Shown: positions 50,951-63,478, counted from the whole stretch's first letter. The stretch: 63,478 nt of DNA, filler included, from Basidioascus undulatus (GCA_000826855.1; 13 parts of 13 records of this genome joined end to end with filler, not necessarily neighbours in it), one strand, 5' to 3'. Program-made: numbers and translations. Notes: generated by a model not told the origin, from the letters alone.

Positions 50951-52149
50951 GTCCTTTATTAATTTTCGTATCCTTTCAATTCCGGATGGAGAAAGCTCAC
51001 AGGTCGTTCACGTTAAATCACGGAGCCGTGCCCAGAAGAGTAACATTCCCGTCGGCTGGCTGCAACGACGCTCTCCTCTTCGCTATTTTGTAATCTCCCA
51101 CATCGTTTTTTTTACGCTACACACTGATTCTCATACCCCTTTCACGAGTGTACTGGGAGCTGGATCTTCGGACTCTAATGAGCACCTCCCCTCGTTCAAA
51201 AGTATAGGAACATAACTCTCTAATCCTCCTGTAGAGGTTTGGATGGTAAGCTTTTCCCCCATCGACCTGTTCTGCATCGCGTTTGAGGTGTCTTCCCAGT
51301 CTTGCACGAGTGCGCGTGTGCTTTTCCACCTCCGGACTTCTTCCCGATCTGACACTCACTTTGACGGACTCCATGAGGCAAAACGTATCGAAAATTTATC
51401 TGGGCCCGCCATTGAGGGGCGCTGGCGGCTCGATGAGTTCGAAAAGGCTGTTGCTCGCTGTGTGCCTGTCGTCTTACCCCCAAGCTTGCCAGGGACTGAT
51501 GCTAGGGTGGGGGTCTGGGGATGCCCTGAGTCTATCATATCCTACACATGGTAGGGAAATACCAGCCAGAGATGAGAAACAGAGCTTCAGGGGCGCTGAA
51601 AGCCAGGACGACCGTGACCGCCGTCGTTCAATGAGCGAGTAAGTACAGGACTTGCCGTCGCTGGGAGAATACTGGCCTTTGCTCCAAACATAAATTCCAC
51701 GCATTTTATCGTAATACTGCTTCTAAATTTGAAGGGGACACCTTTTCGGAAGCGGCCGTGATGGAAAAAGGAATCAGAGTGCCTGCGCGACTCTCAGACT
51801 GCAAGATGAGCAGACCGCCCGACAGTCACCCCCCATGTTGAACTCTTGTCCTTGATTGCCAGCGTCGCCTTTACTTCCTTCTAATTAGGCGTCTTAAAGG
51901 GACGATGTGCTGCAGCAGGCCCTTAAATCTTGCAAATAGCTCGGAGCAAATGTTGTCGGCCGTTGCAGCCCTGCGTTTCTCCGGCTGGTTCTCACGCAAC
52001 TATTTTTCCACTGCAGGAAATGAAGGTTTTAGAGCCTTTGCAGCATCATCATTTTCAGTCGACGCTTCAGACCATCATCAAGCCCCTCAAATCGCCTACA
52101 CCTCACCTTCACCTCCCAATCACAACAGCTTTACCCTTTCCCGCCTCCT

Positions 52150-52960
52150 CTACTGCAGCGTCATCCCCCACCCCACCACCATCCCCACAAGCAAAAGTAC
52201 CGCGCCCCCCCACGGTTCCCCACCCGCTCCCGCTCCCGCACCGCTACCCACGCCCGCCAGCACCGCTGCGTCCGCCCCCAGCGCCTGCACGCTCGCTGCG
52301 TCGAGGTCTTTCACTGCGCGCCTCACTTCTTCTCTGTCAAGCCTTCTTTGAAAACGGGGAAGGGGGAAGAGGGAAGAGGTATGGGAAGAGAAGGAGGGGA
52401 AAGGCCAAGGGGAATTGGATGGTAATGGGGAAAGGAAATGGAAAGGCGAAAGAGGGGAGAAGGGAAGTGGGAGTGGGACGTGGGAAGGGAAAGAGTCGGA
52501 AGAGAGGGAAAACGACGCACCCGTCCCCCCGCCCCCCGTCCAACTCGATCAGACACTGCGCGCACCCCGCATTGCTCGAGTTTGCAGAGCTGCCCTGGAA
52601 GCAGAGACACATCTCGTTTTTGGGGTCGCATGTCCCCCCCCTCCTCCTTTCAGCACCCCACCCACCCACACCACAAAATCATACAGACGCACGAGCAACG
52701 CGGATGGGTCAAGCACACCGACGCGCACTCGTCGTTCGTCGGAACGGCCTGGCGGGCCGCGAACAAAGGAGAGGGCCGGAAGGGGCTTGTGCCGCGGAGG
52801 TGCGGGCTTTCGGGGGAGGAGGGGTCGAGGGAGAAGGCGTGGACTGCTGGAATAGCAGGGGAAGGTCAGATGCAGGAGGGAAGGGAGGGGGAAGGGGGAG
52901 GAAGGACGGACTGGGGAGGAGAAGGAGGAGGGGGACGACGAAGACGGCGGGGAGGAGCAT
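52150..52960 (-). CDS. secreted CFEM-like cysteine-rich protein, probably GPI-anchored, 4 exons
   Basis: Three GT-AG introns give one frame: signal MLLPAVFVVPLLLLLPTVHA, CASVCLTHPRCSGGTCDPKNEMCLCFQGSSANSSNAGCAQC, then a small-residue spacer and hydrophobic tail GAVLLLVGMVVGWGMTLQ*. Confidence 0.7.
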
Positions 52961-53558
52961 TTGATGGGTGTGAGGGGGTTGGGAGGCTGTGGGGAGTGCT
53001 GGAGTTGTAGGGATAAAGAGCAGGGTGAGACTGGAGGCGGGAGGGAGAGAAGGATGAGGGTATGACGAAAGGACGCTGCCAGCGAAGGCGGGTCAGAGCG
53101 ATGGGAGGGCGGTTGGTATGGCAACCCGCTGTGACGGTGAAACGCGATGAGCACCTGGAGACAGTTGATCGAGAAAAGACCTGTTGTTTGAGAATTGAGG
53201 GTGGGGTTGGCGGCAGTTGAAGAGATATGTCGTTGTGTGAGGGACTCTTCGCAGTCTCGCCACGGCCCGCTCGCTGTTGATCCTGGCACGTAAGCGCTCG
53301 AGAAAGACCGCATTGACTACGTTGAGTACCACTGTCAGAGGTATGGCGCCTCAAAGCGTCCAACCTCCCATTCGCTCTCCACCGCCCACGTGCAACTCCA
53401 CACCCACCGTCCAACCAAAAAGACAAGAAACGCGCTCATCATCCGTCCCGCGCATCAGGTATCGTACAACACCATCACCCCCCTTCCCTCCTCCTCCTCC
53501 TCCCACAGCGCACCACCTCTCGCCACCCTCCGCGCGGCAACTACGTCAGCTAGACCGG

Positions 53559-53633
53559 CTACGCCGGTGCGCCCTGGTCGGGCAGGCGCTCGATGGCGTA
53601 CTTGTGTCGGGCGATGTACATGAGGGGGATGCC
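53559..53633 (-). CDS. FCF1: rRNA-processing PIN protein Fcf1/Utp24, last exon
   Basis: CAG acceptor then GIPLMYIARHKYAIERLPDQGAPA*, matching the Fcf1 C-terminus G(V/I)P(I/L)MY...Y-x-IER(L/M)PD. Confidence 0.8.
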   Translation of the reverse strand, partial: GIPLMYIARHKYAIERLPDQGAPA

Positions 53634-54391
53634 CTGTCGACCAACGTCCCGCATATCAGCCTCTCCCCCATCACCGTACCGGGAAAGCAGAAGGAAGCAT
53701 GGTCGGGTCGGGTCGGGGCAGGGAGGGAGNNNNNNNNNNNNNNNNNNNNNNNNNNNNNNNNNNNNNNNNNNNNTTAATTAATTAANNNNNNNNNNNNNNN
53801 NNNNNNNNNNNNNNNNNNNNNNNNNNNNNATGATTGAACACTACAAGATAATGCGATGAATCATGTGTGAGAGGTCATCTATGCATGGGGGGTTGAAGAT
53901 CGTGGACAGAGAGAAAGAGGAGATCTTGAAGGAGGAAGTGGGATTTATGGATGTTGGGCGAAGGTGGCTGGCGAGGGAGGTGGCAGGACGGTAGGTGCGA
54001 GGGATGTTGATGCAGTTGAAACTGGGACTGCGTCGGTTTGGGCGGGGGATTTGGGGCCGCTGTTGGGCTGGCTGGTGGGATGCTCTGCTGTAAAACTTGG
54101 CTTTCTGTGACACTTCATACAGAAGGGGATGAGCTGGATAGTGAGAAGTGTAAGTGCGAGAGTGGACGAAAACCTGTTCTACTTTACAGCCACTCTTTTG
54201 GTGGGACGATTCAGTACGCTTGAAAGGCCGATGCGAGTGTGGCTCGCGCGCCAAACAACGTGCGCAGCTCACTAAGTTTGGTCGCGCTCGTCAGCGCACC
54301 GTCTTCTCGCTTCGGTCTCCTTTCTCTCTTCGTGTACTTCTTTCCTCTCCATTCATCTAATTCCGTCTCATATTCCATCTTCCCTACTCTC

Positions 54392-54800
54392 ATGGCTCGC
54401 ACCAACTCCAGCAAAAAGGCTGCCGGCAAGAGCAAGGCAGGCGGCACCGCAGCCTCTTCCTCCTCCTCCGGCCAGTCCCCCGAGAAGACGACCTCTTCTA
54501 CCTCCGCCTCGCTCTCCCACCTTGACGGTCTCGGTACCGCCACTACCAAGCGGCACCGGCGGACGCTCTGAAGAAGCGCAACAACTACGGCGGCTACATC
54601 AAGCGCATTAAAGCATGGGTCAAAGCCCAGGGCCGCAACTCGGGCTTCTACGACGCGTTCAAGGCCGCCTCCAAGCGCAGTGCACAGGCGATTCGCCTTT
54701 ACTGCATTCAGAAGGTGGAGGTGAGGGGTACGGGTTTGGGACGATGGACTCTGCACGCTCGGCGTTCAAGCAGTACTTCGCGGACAAGCGGGGGGCCAGG
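54392..54800 (+). mobile_element. probable Crypton-like tyrosine-recombinase element relic (N-terminal part, frameshifted)
   Basis: NNYGGYIKRIKAW...FYDAFK...SAQAIRLYCIQKVE(fs)GEGYGFGTMDSARSAFKQYF; resembles the N-terminal region of basidiomycete Crypton-like recombinases. No catalytic domain seen. Confidence 0.45.
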
Positions 54801-55963
54801 GTAAGTCCTTTCTGACTTCCTCACTCGGATTGATTCTGAATGGGTTGGCTATTTGGATTTGCAGCGCGATTCGCAGCACCGGCTGCTTTGCTACAAAACG
54901 CTTTTGATTTAAGGGCTGGTTGTAGTGTTTTGCGCGCAGGAGAAGGCGGCTTCGCCCCCCCAACCCTGTCATTGCTTCTTAAATCTATACTACTACGTTG
55001 CAGAAAGTGGACAGACAGTGCTAGCAGCAGCCGAAAGGCCCAGGGCTCAACAGTCGACCTGCATTCTGCCACGGCTGAGCTCGATGATAGGGTAAATGGA
55101 GATCCTGACCCATCTGAATGATGTACCGTGCTCCCCGTCATCAACAAGAAGAGTCTGCCCGACTTTGCAGGCGTTTCAGCTCGACGCGTCGACAATCCGT
55201 GAAATCAGGAGCCGCAGCGGGCCTCGCGGACCACCGCCCTCTCATTTCTCCGTCTCTCCTCATTTCTGTCAACAAGCAATCTCAAGCTGATCCTCATCCT
55301 CCATCAACGACCTCCTCGACCTCCTACCCCTCCTCGTCACGCTCATTTTGCAGTGCCGGTCAGCCAGCATCGAAATTGTGCGTGACTGTCCACGGATTGA
55401 CGTGACACGCGACACGACGTGACGGCCGGCAGTTAGGCTAGCGCGTTCCTCAGCTCGGTCTTGTCCCCCTGACCCTTCCTTGCCTGCACGCTCGTCCTTC
55501 CCTTCTGCAGTGCCCCTTCCCGTCGCCCACCCGCCCACACATTCTCTTTCCTTGCCCGCGGTGCTCGTACGACCGTGAGCAGGGGGCGCAGACTGCAGGT
55601 CCGTAGAGCTGAGAACAGTGGAATGGGGACTGTGGAAGCTGAACGCGTTTTTGTTTGGGTTTGGGTCGTACAGTTGAACACGCCCGTTCGAATCTCATGC
55701 ACCCTCGCGGTCTGTCAGCTCTTCGTAGGTGGGTGTTGAGGCCTTTATATTTCTATCCCCGGGCTCGTTGACGACGACGCTCATGTCCGCTAGACTCTGA
55801 ACAGAACGTAGACTCGTCCTCCCCCCGTTCGTTCTCCCCGCCCAACTCCGACCCACACTCGTTTGCATTCACACACGCCCACACGCCCACACACAACCAC
55901 TACCACCTTGTCTTCTCTTCGACACCACCCCCATCCCCACCACCGACACGCTCCAAATCGACG

Positions 55964-58604
55964 ATGATCCCGCTTTCTACTTCCAGTGGTTCCGTTTCGG
56001 CCGCCGACGGCACGGTAAGCCCCGCGCGCGACAGAGAGGAGATGATTTTGAGCGCGAAGAAGAAGGTCTGTAGCTGGTATCACTTGGACGGATGCGGCTG
56101 GGTGTCTCCGGTGGGGAAGGGTGAAATGAAATGGGAGGGCCGAGGGAAGCGTGGCTGCCCGTATCCGATCGACCTGCCCCTGCCTCACCTCATTTCGCTG
56201 ACCCTTTCTCCCATCTTCCCCTCTTCCCTCTCCCAGCTCAAATCCTTCCGTGCCAAGCAGTCCTCATCCTCCTCCATCCGCTCGCCCTCGCCCTCCCCGC
56301 CCAAGCGCACGCGCTCGACGCGCTCAACCAAGAAGCCCTCGACGGACTCCGCAGACGGATCGGGCGCCCCGCTCACCCCGCCGTCGTCCACCGGGCGCCC
56401 GTCGATGGAGATGGAGGACGCCGTGCTCCGGCCGGAGCCGCACGTAAGCGGGACTGCGAAGCGCCGGTCGCGCGAGCACAAGCACACGCGCTCGCACTCG
56501 CGCTCCTGCAGAGGCAGCAAGGGCTCCATCTCCGTCTCCTTCCCGTGGAACCAGCCGGGCGGGTCGTCGAGCAGGCCCGCGGGCGGTGCCTCCTCCGCGT
56601 CCGCATCGTCGATCGCCCGCTCCAGCCCGACGTCCTCCTCCCCTCCCACGTCCGCGTCGCTCGACCGACCCCCCCCCTTCGTCGGGAACGGCGCGTTCGC
56701 CTTCCCCAACACGCCGCCGCCCGTCCCCGTCCCCGTGCCGTTCAACAACGACGACGCGCCGGCACCCGCACCCTCCCCCTCGCCCTTCGCGAACTTCTCC
56801 TTCCCCTCCACGAACCGCGCCTCCACCTCCTCCCGCCCCCCGTCCCTCACGCTCCCCCCTGGGGGGAGCTCCCACGCGCGCCGGCCCTCGCGGCACGCGC
56901 GGCAGTCGTCCGTCGCGACGCGCAGGGAGAGCATGGAGGTCATGAGCGGCGTGGCGCTCCCCGCGGACGACTCGGCGGACTCCGGGCCGGGGGAGATCAC
57001 TGAGGAGCGGGCGCGCGCGCTTGCGAGCTTGGAGGGCGGGTCGATTCACGATGGGCTGGTCAGGGGCAGTGCGGGGATGGGAGATGGGCTGGGAGAGGTA
57101 TACCTGCCTACGGGGGAGGAGATGGACCAGCTTAGCGGTGCATTTCGTGTTCCCTCGTCTTTGGTTCACGCACAGTGCTGATTCCGATATTTGGTTGGCC
57201 CTCCACAGAGTCCTCCGCTTCTACACCTTCGCTCCCTGGGTCGCCTACCACCCCCTCCGCGACGACCCCGACGTCCCTACCGAACAAGCGCGCGTCGTGG
57301 GACCGCCGCCCGTCCCCACTGTCCATGTCCACGTCCGTCCCCCGCGCGTTGCACGCGCTCGTAGAGGAAGAGGAAGACGAGGACGCCTCCGCGTCCGCTT
57401 CCCCTGACTCGGGTCCCACCACCACCTCTCCCACGGGCAAGAAGGCTCTGAAGCCCCTCACGCTGGCATCGCACCCTGCCTTCTCCGGCGACGCCTCCGG
57501 CGCGCCGGTCTTCAGCGCGGGGATGATGGCAAGCCTGAACAAGCGGTCAAGCGTGCTCCTCTCGCCCTCCCCGCCCGACTCGCAGCCGTCCTCCCCGTTC
57601 TTCGCCAGCTCCACCCCGCGCTCCGACAGCCTCTCCAGCCTCGCGACGACCATCTCCTCCTCGGGGAGCACCGCCACGCCGCGCGCGCAAGGCCGGCCCC
57701 TCAGCGGGCTCTTCGGGCGCACGCCCCCCGCCGCCGGCACCAACACGGCCACCCCCCCAACCGCCGCGGTGCCCCCCGCGCCGAGCTCCGGCTCCGCGGG
57801 GAGGAGGAGCAGCATCTCGTACAAGACCGAGGGGTCGGGCTCGGGGCTGAGCAGCACGCCGAGCCCCACCGCGTTGGGGCGCGCAGCTGGCCCCCGCCCG
57901 CTCAGCCTCCTCAACAAGCGCGCGAGCACGAGCACGGAAGGCTCGTCTTCCCGTCGTTCCCTCGACACAGACACGGCCGGGCGCCGGGAGTCATACGTCT
58001 CCTCGTCGACATCGATGGACGGCAGCAGCGGCGCGCTTCGCGAGCTGCAGGACCACCTCGCGTCCGCTTTGGATGACATCACGCTTTGGCGCGCGCGGGT
58101 GGCTTCCTTGGAAGCCCAGCTGTCCTCCGAGCGGCGCGAGCACGCGCTGGCGAACGACCGTGTGCGCCGACTCACTGAGCGCCTCGAGCAGAAGACGCCC
58201 GCGACGAACGCGGTGGATGCTGCCCATGTGCGGCTCGTGGGCGAGATGCGGAACCAGATCTTTGGGCTTGTGGGGCGCGTGGAGGAGGAGGGAAGAAGGC
58301 GCGCGGAGGCGGAGAGGGAGGTCGAGGAGCTGCGGACGAGGCTCGCGGAGTTGGGTGCCGGTGCGGTGGGGGGAGGGGGCCTGCCGGATACGCCGGAACG
58401 GACGCCGGTTATGAGCTTGGCGAGGGGACAGTCGACGAATAGCTCGGTGTTCTCCAGCGAGGGAGGCGAGAGCCCCATGGAGGAGTTCATCCCCGGCGCG
58501 GCGGAGGTGCCGCTGCAGACGCTCCCGGAGGAGGAGGGCGAGGAGGAGCAGCCCGCCGAGGACGACCAGGACGACCAGGACTTCGGTCTCCCCGCGTTCC
58601 TCAC
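55964..58604 (+). CDS. hypothetical Ser/Pro-rich protein with C-terminal coiled coil, partial
   Basis: Two long ORFs joined by GT-AG introns: REEMILSAKKK|LKSFRAKQ...RRESMEVMSG...RARALASLEG; heptad-rich region 58040-58350. Confidence 0.8.
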
Positions 58605-58746
58605 NNNNNNNNNNNNNNNNNNNNNNNNNNNNNNNNNNNNNNNNNNNNTTAATTAATTAANNNNNNNNNNNNNNNNNNNNNNNNNNNNNNNNNNNNNNNN
58701 NNNNCCCCCCCCCCCCCCCCACAACATCCGCACGAATCCACTCCTC

Positions 58747-60696
58747 ATGGCTTCACGCTGGCGACACGCCGCTACCGCATTGCACGGTTCGTCTTATACT
58801 ACAACTCCTCTCCACTATCTCTAGACGAATCCTGATGGATTCTTTAGGTACCACCCTCACTCTGGCATGCATCGAGACCATCCTCATATCCGTCACGTTC
58901 CCGCTCGCCTGGTCCCTCTACCCTAACCACCACGGCCACTATATCGACAGGGTATTCCGCAGGACAATTGGGTCCACGATCGACCTTTGGGGCTATGGAG
59001 CAAGTGAGAGCTGATCCTCATGACTGGAATTGAGCGTCCACGAGCTGACGCTGAGCTTACCGCGGCAGTGGGCATATACATCACTGTCAATGTTCTTGCT
59101 CCCCTGTCCATAGCACTTTCCAGCTTACTGTAAGTATCGCATTAATTAAAATTCCCTGGTTTTGCTCAAGCACGTCAGATACCTACCACCTCTTAGGCTT
59201 GCGTACGCGAACCTGAACAAGCGCGCATGGATGGGCCGGGTCGACGTGCAGCTCTGGTGGCTAGCCACGGCAACGTTAGTCTGGCTGTGTATGTTTTCAT
59301 CCAGAAATCTCTATTCCGGGAAGAGTAATTGTGTTGATTTCCGGACGGGTGCGCCTGCACAGCCACGTCCATTTGTGCTTCGATTTGGCTTCCGGCTCTC
59401 GACTGCTCCTCGGCCTATCTGTTCGACCTCGACGGACCATGGCGTGAGTACTCTCCGAGGCTTTTAGACCCAAGTCAGGAAAGGCTGAGTTTACTTTTAG
59501 AATCCATCGCGACCGGCTGCCGTCTCGCTCAATCAGTTGTCGCGTTTTCCTGGATTCTCTTCGCCTTCTGTGTGTCCGTCAGCCTTCCTCGTCGTCAAAA
59601 CGCCATCTAACTCAAGGCAAACAGACCTTCTCTCCTTCACTTTCATACTCTCGCTGTCTCTACTCCAGCCGAGCAAGGATGGCGCACTCTGGACGTCCCA
59701 CGTTTCGGAGCTGCGCAAGGATGCGCACGGCGAGACTCTCAAGGCGCCCGAGTCGCTGGCAGGGCCGTACGATAAAGCGCGGATGGCTCTGTACAGTGAG
59801 TTATTGGCGATGTAATCCTGAACTTTCTAATAAGTGAAACTGACGTCCGGAGGCAACTAGTCACTACCCTGCTCTTCGCCATGATCGTGACTGGCCTTTC
59901 GCCCATTGTGGGCGTCGTGGTGGGTGAAATGGTGCTGTGTGAGTAGAGCTTTACTCTGAGCTAATGAATATCTGACTTGCGGATTGACCGACAAATTCCC
60001 AATAACAGTCATCGTCTTCATCGTTGGCTCCGCTATCGCCGGCCTGACGTGGGTGTGGATCTCGGTCCTGTGAGTGCACCTCCCGCCGTCGGTTTAACAC
60101 TCGCTTATCCCTTTTCTGTCCGCCTTGGTCGAAATAACCAGCTTGGGTTACAGCAAGCCCCACTCCACGCATCCTATGTCGAGCACCGTTGCGCACGCAG
60201 GGGGCATGGGCGGCTTCACGCTGATCTGGCTCGGTAAGTCCCGCTGGAAGTTTATCAACGTGATCCTGAGTGAAACCGAGAACTCACTACAAACTGACCT
60301 ACAGTACTCTCAATTCTTGTCCTCGTCTTTGGAGGTATACTGCATGCCGACGAGGGCTACGGTGCCGGTGCGTCGCCGTCTGTTGAACCGTTCTGAGAAG
60401 AAACGATCACTGACGACACGATTGACACGCTACAGACTCCGGATGGTACAAAGGCGGTATCGTCCTATTCTGGATTCTCTTTGGGCTCTGTCAGTCCACG
60501 CCTTCCCCAAGCACTCGGTTCTCATCTCCTGAGGCACGCTGACGAGCTTTTGACCACAGGCGCGGCCACGACGGCCCTCCTCGTCGTCCCTGCTATCAAG
60601 GAAATGGGGTGGCGGCGGAATGTGGTCTTCTTGGGAGCACCGTTGGAGCGGCCCAGGGACATCCATGTCGCTGAAACGTATTTGCTGGAGGCGTAA
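58747..60696 (+). CDS. multi-pass membrane protein with two MARVEL-like four-helix units, many exons
   Basis: Hydrophobic exons RVDVQLWWLATATLVWL, CRLAQSVVAFSWILFAFY, LWTSHVSEL; second unit ARMALY-TTLLFAMIVTGL, IAGLTWVWISVL, FTLIWL, IVLFWILFGL...YLLEA*. Confidence 0.7.
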
Positions 60697-61179
60697 CAAA
60701 TATGAACACGCGGACGCTTCAACACGGACACATTATCTTCCTTTTTTGTTGCTTCCCACCGATGTGAGCTTGTACGCAATTGCATTAGACTCTACAGTCA
60801 TGATCGAATTAATGTCTTACTTAATATGACCCCATTTTCATGCTTGCATTGAGCGTAAGGGAACTGCTGTCCATGCTGTGACTTGATAGTCTGTCCCGCC
60901 TGAAAGGCAGAGCCTACAGACCCCGGGGGTCATCCCGCGTACAACTTGTTTTGTCGACCTGGCGTAAGGCTGCCTTGCACACGAAAATCAGCTGAACCGA
61001 GCCTGCTTCCGACGGTACCGCTGAGCCTTTGACGTGCCTGCAACCGGCACGCTGAACAGGTGCATAAAAGCATTGGAAGGGATCCTGGGGTGATGATTGC
61101 GTGTGCCAGTTATGTAAATGGCGCAAGGCATTATTAATTGGTTGGAGCAAAGGAGTGCTGTGAGGGAGGAAAAAGCAAT

Positions 61180-61251
61180 TTCCCCGTCCGGGAATCGAAC
61201 CCGGGGCTGGGCGGTGAGAACACCCGATGTTAGCCACTACACCAACGAGGA
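61180..61251 (-). tRNA. tRNA-Glu: tRNA-Glu(CTC)
   Basis: TCCTCGTTGGTGTAGTGGCTAACATCGGGTGTT-CTC-ACCGCCCAGCCCCGGGTTCGATTCCCGGACGGGGAA; T5 terminator downstream. Confidence 0.96.
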
Positions 61252-61276
61252 GATATTAATGCTTTTGTCAGCAAGG

Positions 61277-61284
61277 TATATAAA
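61277..61284 (-). promoter_or_regulatory. TATA-like element 26-33 nt upstream of tRNA-Glu
   Basis: TTTATATA on the minus strand at the spacing expected for TFIIIB binding. Confidence 0.5.
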
Positions 61285-63478
61285 TTTCAATAACTGCTAC
61301 AGGTTTTTTCAGTGTCCCAGTGATGCGATATAAGAGCCATAGCATGGACAGTTCTGGCAGTCTGCGTGCTGGAGAATCGTGTAAATTGCAGAGGAGTCTC
61401 GTTAAGAAATGAACACGCTAACTCACCCAACATTCAAGGCTTCCTTCAATCAACACTCGAATATTTGAATATTTTTTTGCAAGATGAATATTGAACTGCG
61501 GTCAGGGAAGCTGTGCACGGCGGTGCAGGCCATCATAATTGCGCCCCTTGTTGAGATTGTGCGGGGTGGCAAATGTTCTCCCTCAGCTGGACATAAAGAG
61601 CTAAAATGAAGCTGTGTTTCGTAATAGTGGCACAAAAAAGTCCCCTATTCGATGCTGGTGCCGCTGTGGAGGGACCCTGGCGTTGCAGAATTCACACCCA
61701 AATGAAACCATCCAGCCTGACAAGCTACGCAAACTTCAAGCGTGAAAGCCAGACGTGAATCGTAATTGCAACAATGTTGGAACAAGATCGATAACAGCTC
61801 AGTGTTCAAAGCTCCAGGCCTCCCTCTCCCTCTCCTCGTCGGCCTGATCCCTTCAAGTCGTGCACAATCCCTTACTCGTCCACAAGGGTGGCCTCCGACA
61901 ATGAGTAAGTGAAAGACCAGGTTCCACCTAGACTCCACAATCGCCACACAACTTTCCGAGGTAGAACAAGCTCTGAGTGTACTGGTCCATGAAAGCGAAG
62001 CCAGTGCATAAGCGCTCGAGCGTTGGCGCTGGCGACGGTGTACCGCCTGTTTAGGTCAGGAGTATTGAGGAAAGGGTGCGAAGAGCCGAGAATTTCAAGG
62101 TCATTGATTTGCTCTTCGTGAGCTTCATTAGGTTGATTGGGCCGGTCGCTGAACGAGCTAGGGACCAGTAGCAATACGAGGTCTACATCCGCCTGTGGGC
62201 TCTAATGAATCAGCGAGGCGTGCATCGGGATGTTACATTGGGGAGACGTACAAAAATATGTAGAGCTAGGCTCATGGCGGCCATGGCGGACTGGGTAATT
62301 CCAATCTGGACTCAGAATAATGACCGACAGCAACCATCACGAATGTGGAAGCTGGGAAACGCACATAATGGGTGTGCACCACACTCGCCCATTTTCAGTC
62401 TCTCATAGTCGGCTACTAGCTTCTTCAACAACAGAGGAACAACGGTAAGCATAAGGGCAAACAGAGGGGTCGAGATTCTTCCGAAAATGAGCAATTCGAG
62501 CGAGACGATGTCCCAGCGACGAATGTTCAGTCGTCGCAGATCGCCAGAAGGTATCCTGATCGCGAATGTACACTCGAAGCTGGGCTTGATCGTCGTGTTT
62601 GCCGCGCGATTCCGAGGTACAGTCGAGCGCACTCTAGGCCTCCGCACCGCGTCCCCCGCGTTTGTGTTTCTTCTCACGACTCCTGCACAGGAGTTCCTTC
62701 GGCCTCGCTCGCCTTCTTCCACGCATCGCGTACACCCCTTTCAGCTTGTTGTCCTTCACCCTGCCTCCGCACGCAGCACTGACTTGTCGCACACTCGGGC
62801 CGCATCGTTTAAAGGTCCGGAGTACCTTCACATAGCTCGAGAACGATCTTCGCTGCACCTCTTCGCTGGCCGGTCCAGCTCACCTCCCCCTCGTGCAACC
62901 CCAGGTACGGCTCCAAGCCCCACCTCCTCGCACAGCGAACCCGAACTGACACGAGCTGCGCATGCGTAGACCTCTCGCTCTCCGAGCCTTCGCTGTCCTC
63001 GTACTCCCGCTGCGCGTCCGCTTCGCGCACACAGGTGCGCCACGCTCGCACACCAGAGCTTGAAGACTTCACAGGGTACTAACCGTCCCCTTCGCGCATA
63101 CAGTACTTCAGCGTTTTCGCGTCCCGCCCTCTACACCCTGTAGTTTCTCTCTCGTAGTTTCTTCAAGTTGTGCCTGTTCAAATATCGCCTGTACCTAGCT
63201 GTAGCACGACTGTCGGCGATTTTGATGGATGGACCTGAGGGTTGACCGCGTGTCGAGCCTCGGGCTTGCTACAACCGCCTGCGTGTGCGGAGGTCGAACT
63301 CCTAGACGACAAGTTGTTCCTAGTAAAGTAGGGTTCAGGGGGTGTTTGTAGGATTGATCCGGCGTTGTGATAAATTGTCAGTCACTGCTGTCCCGCTGCC
63401 ACTGCCCCCAAAGCCTCTCTCGCCGTCCTGAGAGTTTCCTGGCTAATGCTGACCGTATGACCAGACAAGCCAGTACCG

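Noticed and set aside
57132..58604. Long antisense ORFs (490 aa here; also 41749-42852, 42860-43798, 56185-57000)
   Set aside because: Shadow ORFs of GC-rich coding sequence, low-complexity and without motifs.
4829..58704. Identical palindromic TTAATTAATTAA recurring every ~4.9 kb, like a regular repeat system
   Set aside because: It is flanked by N44 on both sides and the segments fall in near size order: an assembly linker, not biology. ORFs ending in X...LIN are artefacts.
1..63478. CRISPR arrays, operons, rRNA or prokaryotic defence systems
   Set aside because: None seen; the DNA is eukaryotic with spliceosomal introns, and the contigs are unlinked.

Overview
This is not one locus. It is 13 unlinked ~4.8-kb contigs (4767-4828 bp, roughly in descending size order) joined by 12 artificial 100-bp linkers (N44-TTAATTAATTAA-N44), so adjacency across linkers means nothing. 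Gene content and short GT(G/A)CGT/GTGAGT...AG introns indicate a GC-rich, intron-rich basidiomycete fungus. Recognisable genes, whole or partial: RPS16, TSC10, CDC1-like, MED11, SDT1, RDS3/PHF5A, GET5/MDY2-like, FCF1, UBR7-like, PMP3 family, a GH18 chitinase, a DOA4/USP8-like deubiquitinase, an alpha-arrestin, and SnoaL-like, alpha/beta-hydrolase, CFEM-like and MARVEL-like proteins. There are six complete tRNA genes (Leu x2, Gly, Ile, Ser, Glu), several frameshifted pseudogenes, a probable Crypton-like relic and CpG-poor decayed DNA. The most unusual signal is at 1-69: the 3' part of tRNA-Arg(ACG) lies before its 5' half, 1 nt apart, and the 5' half stops exactly at nucleotide 37 ahead of a T5 terminator. 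This is the layout of a circularly permuted tRNA gene, but a partial tandem duplication cannot be excluded because the sequence starts inside the element. All protein calls are from manual translation and motif recognition, not database searches.
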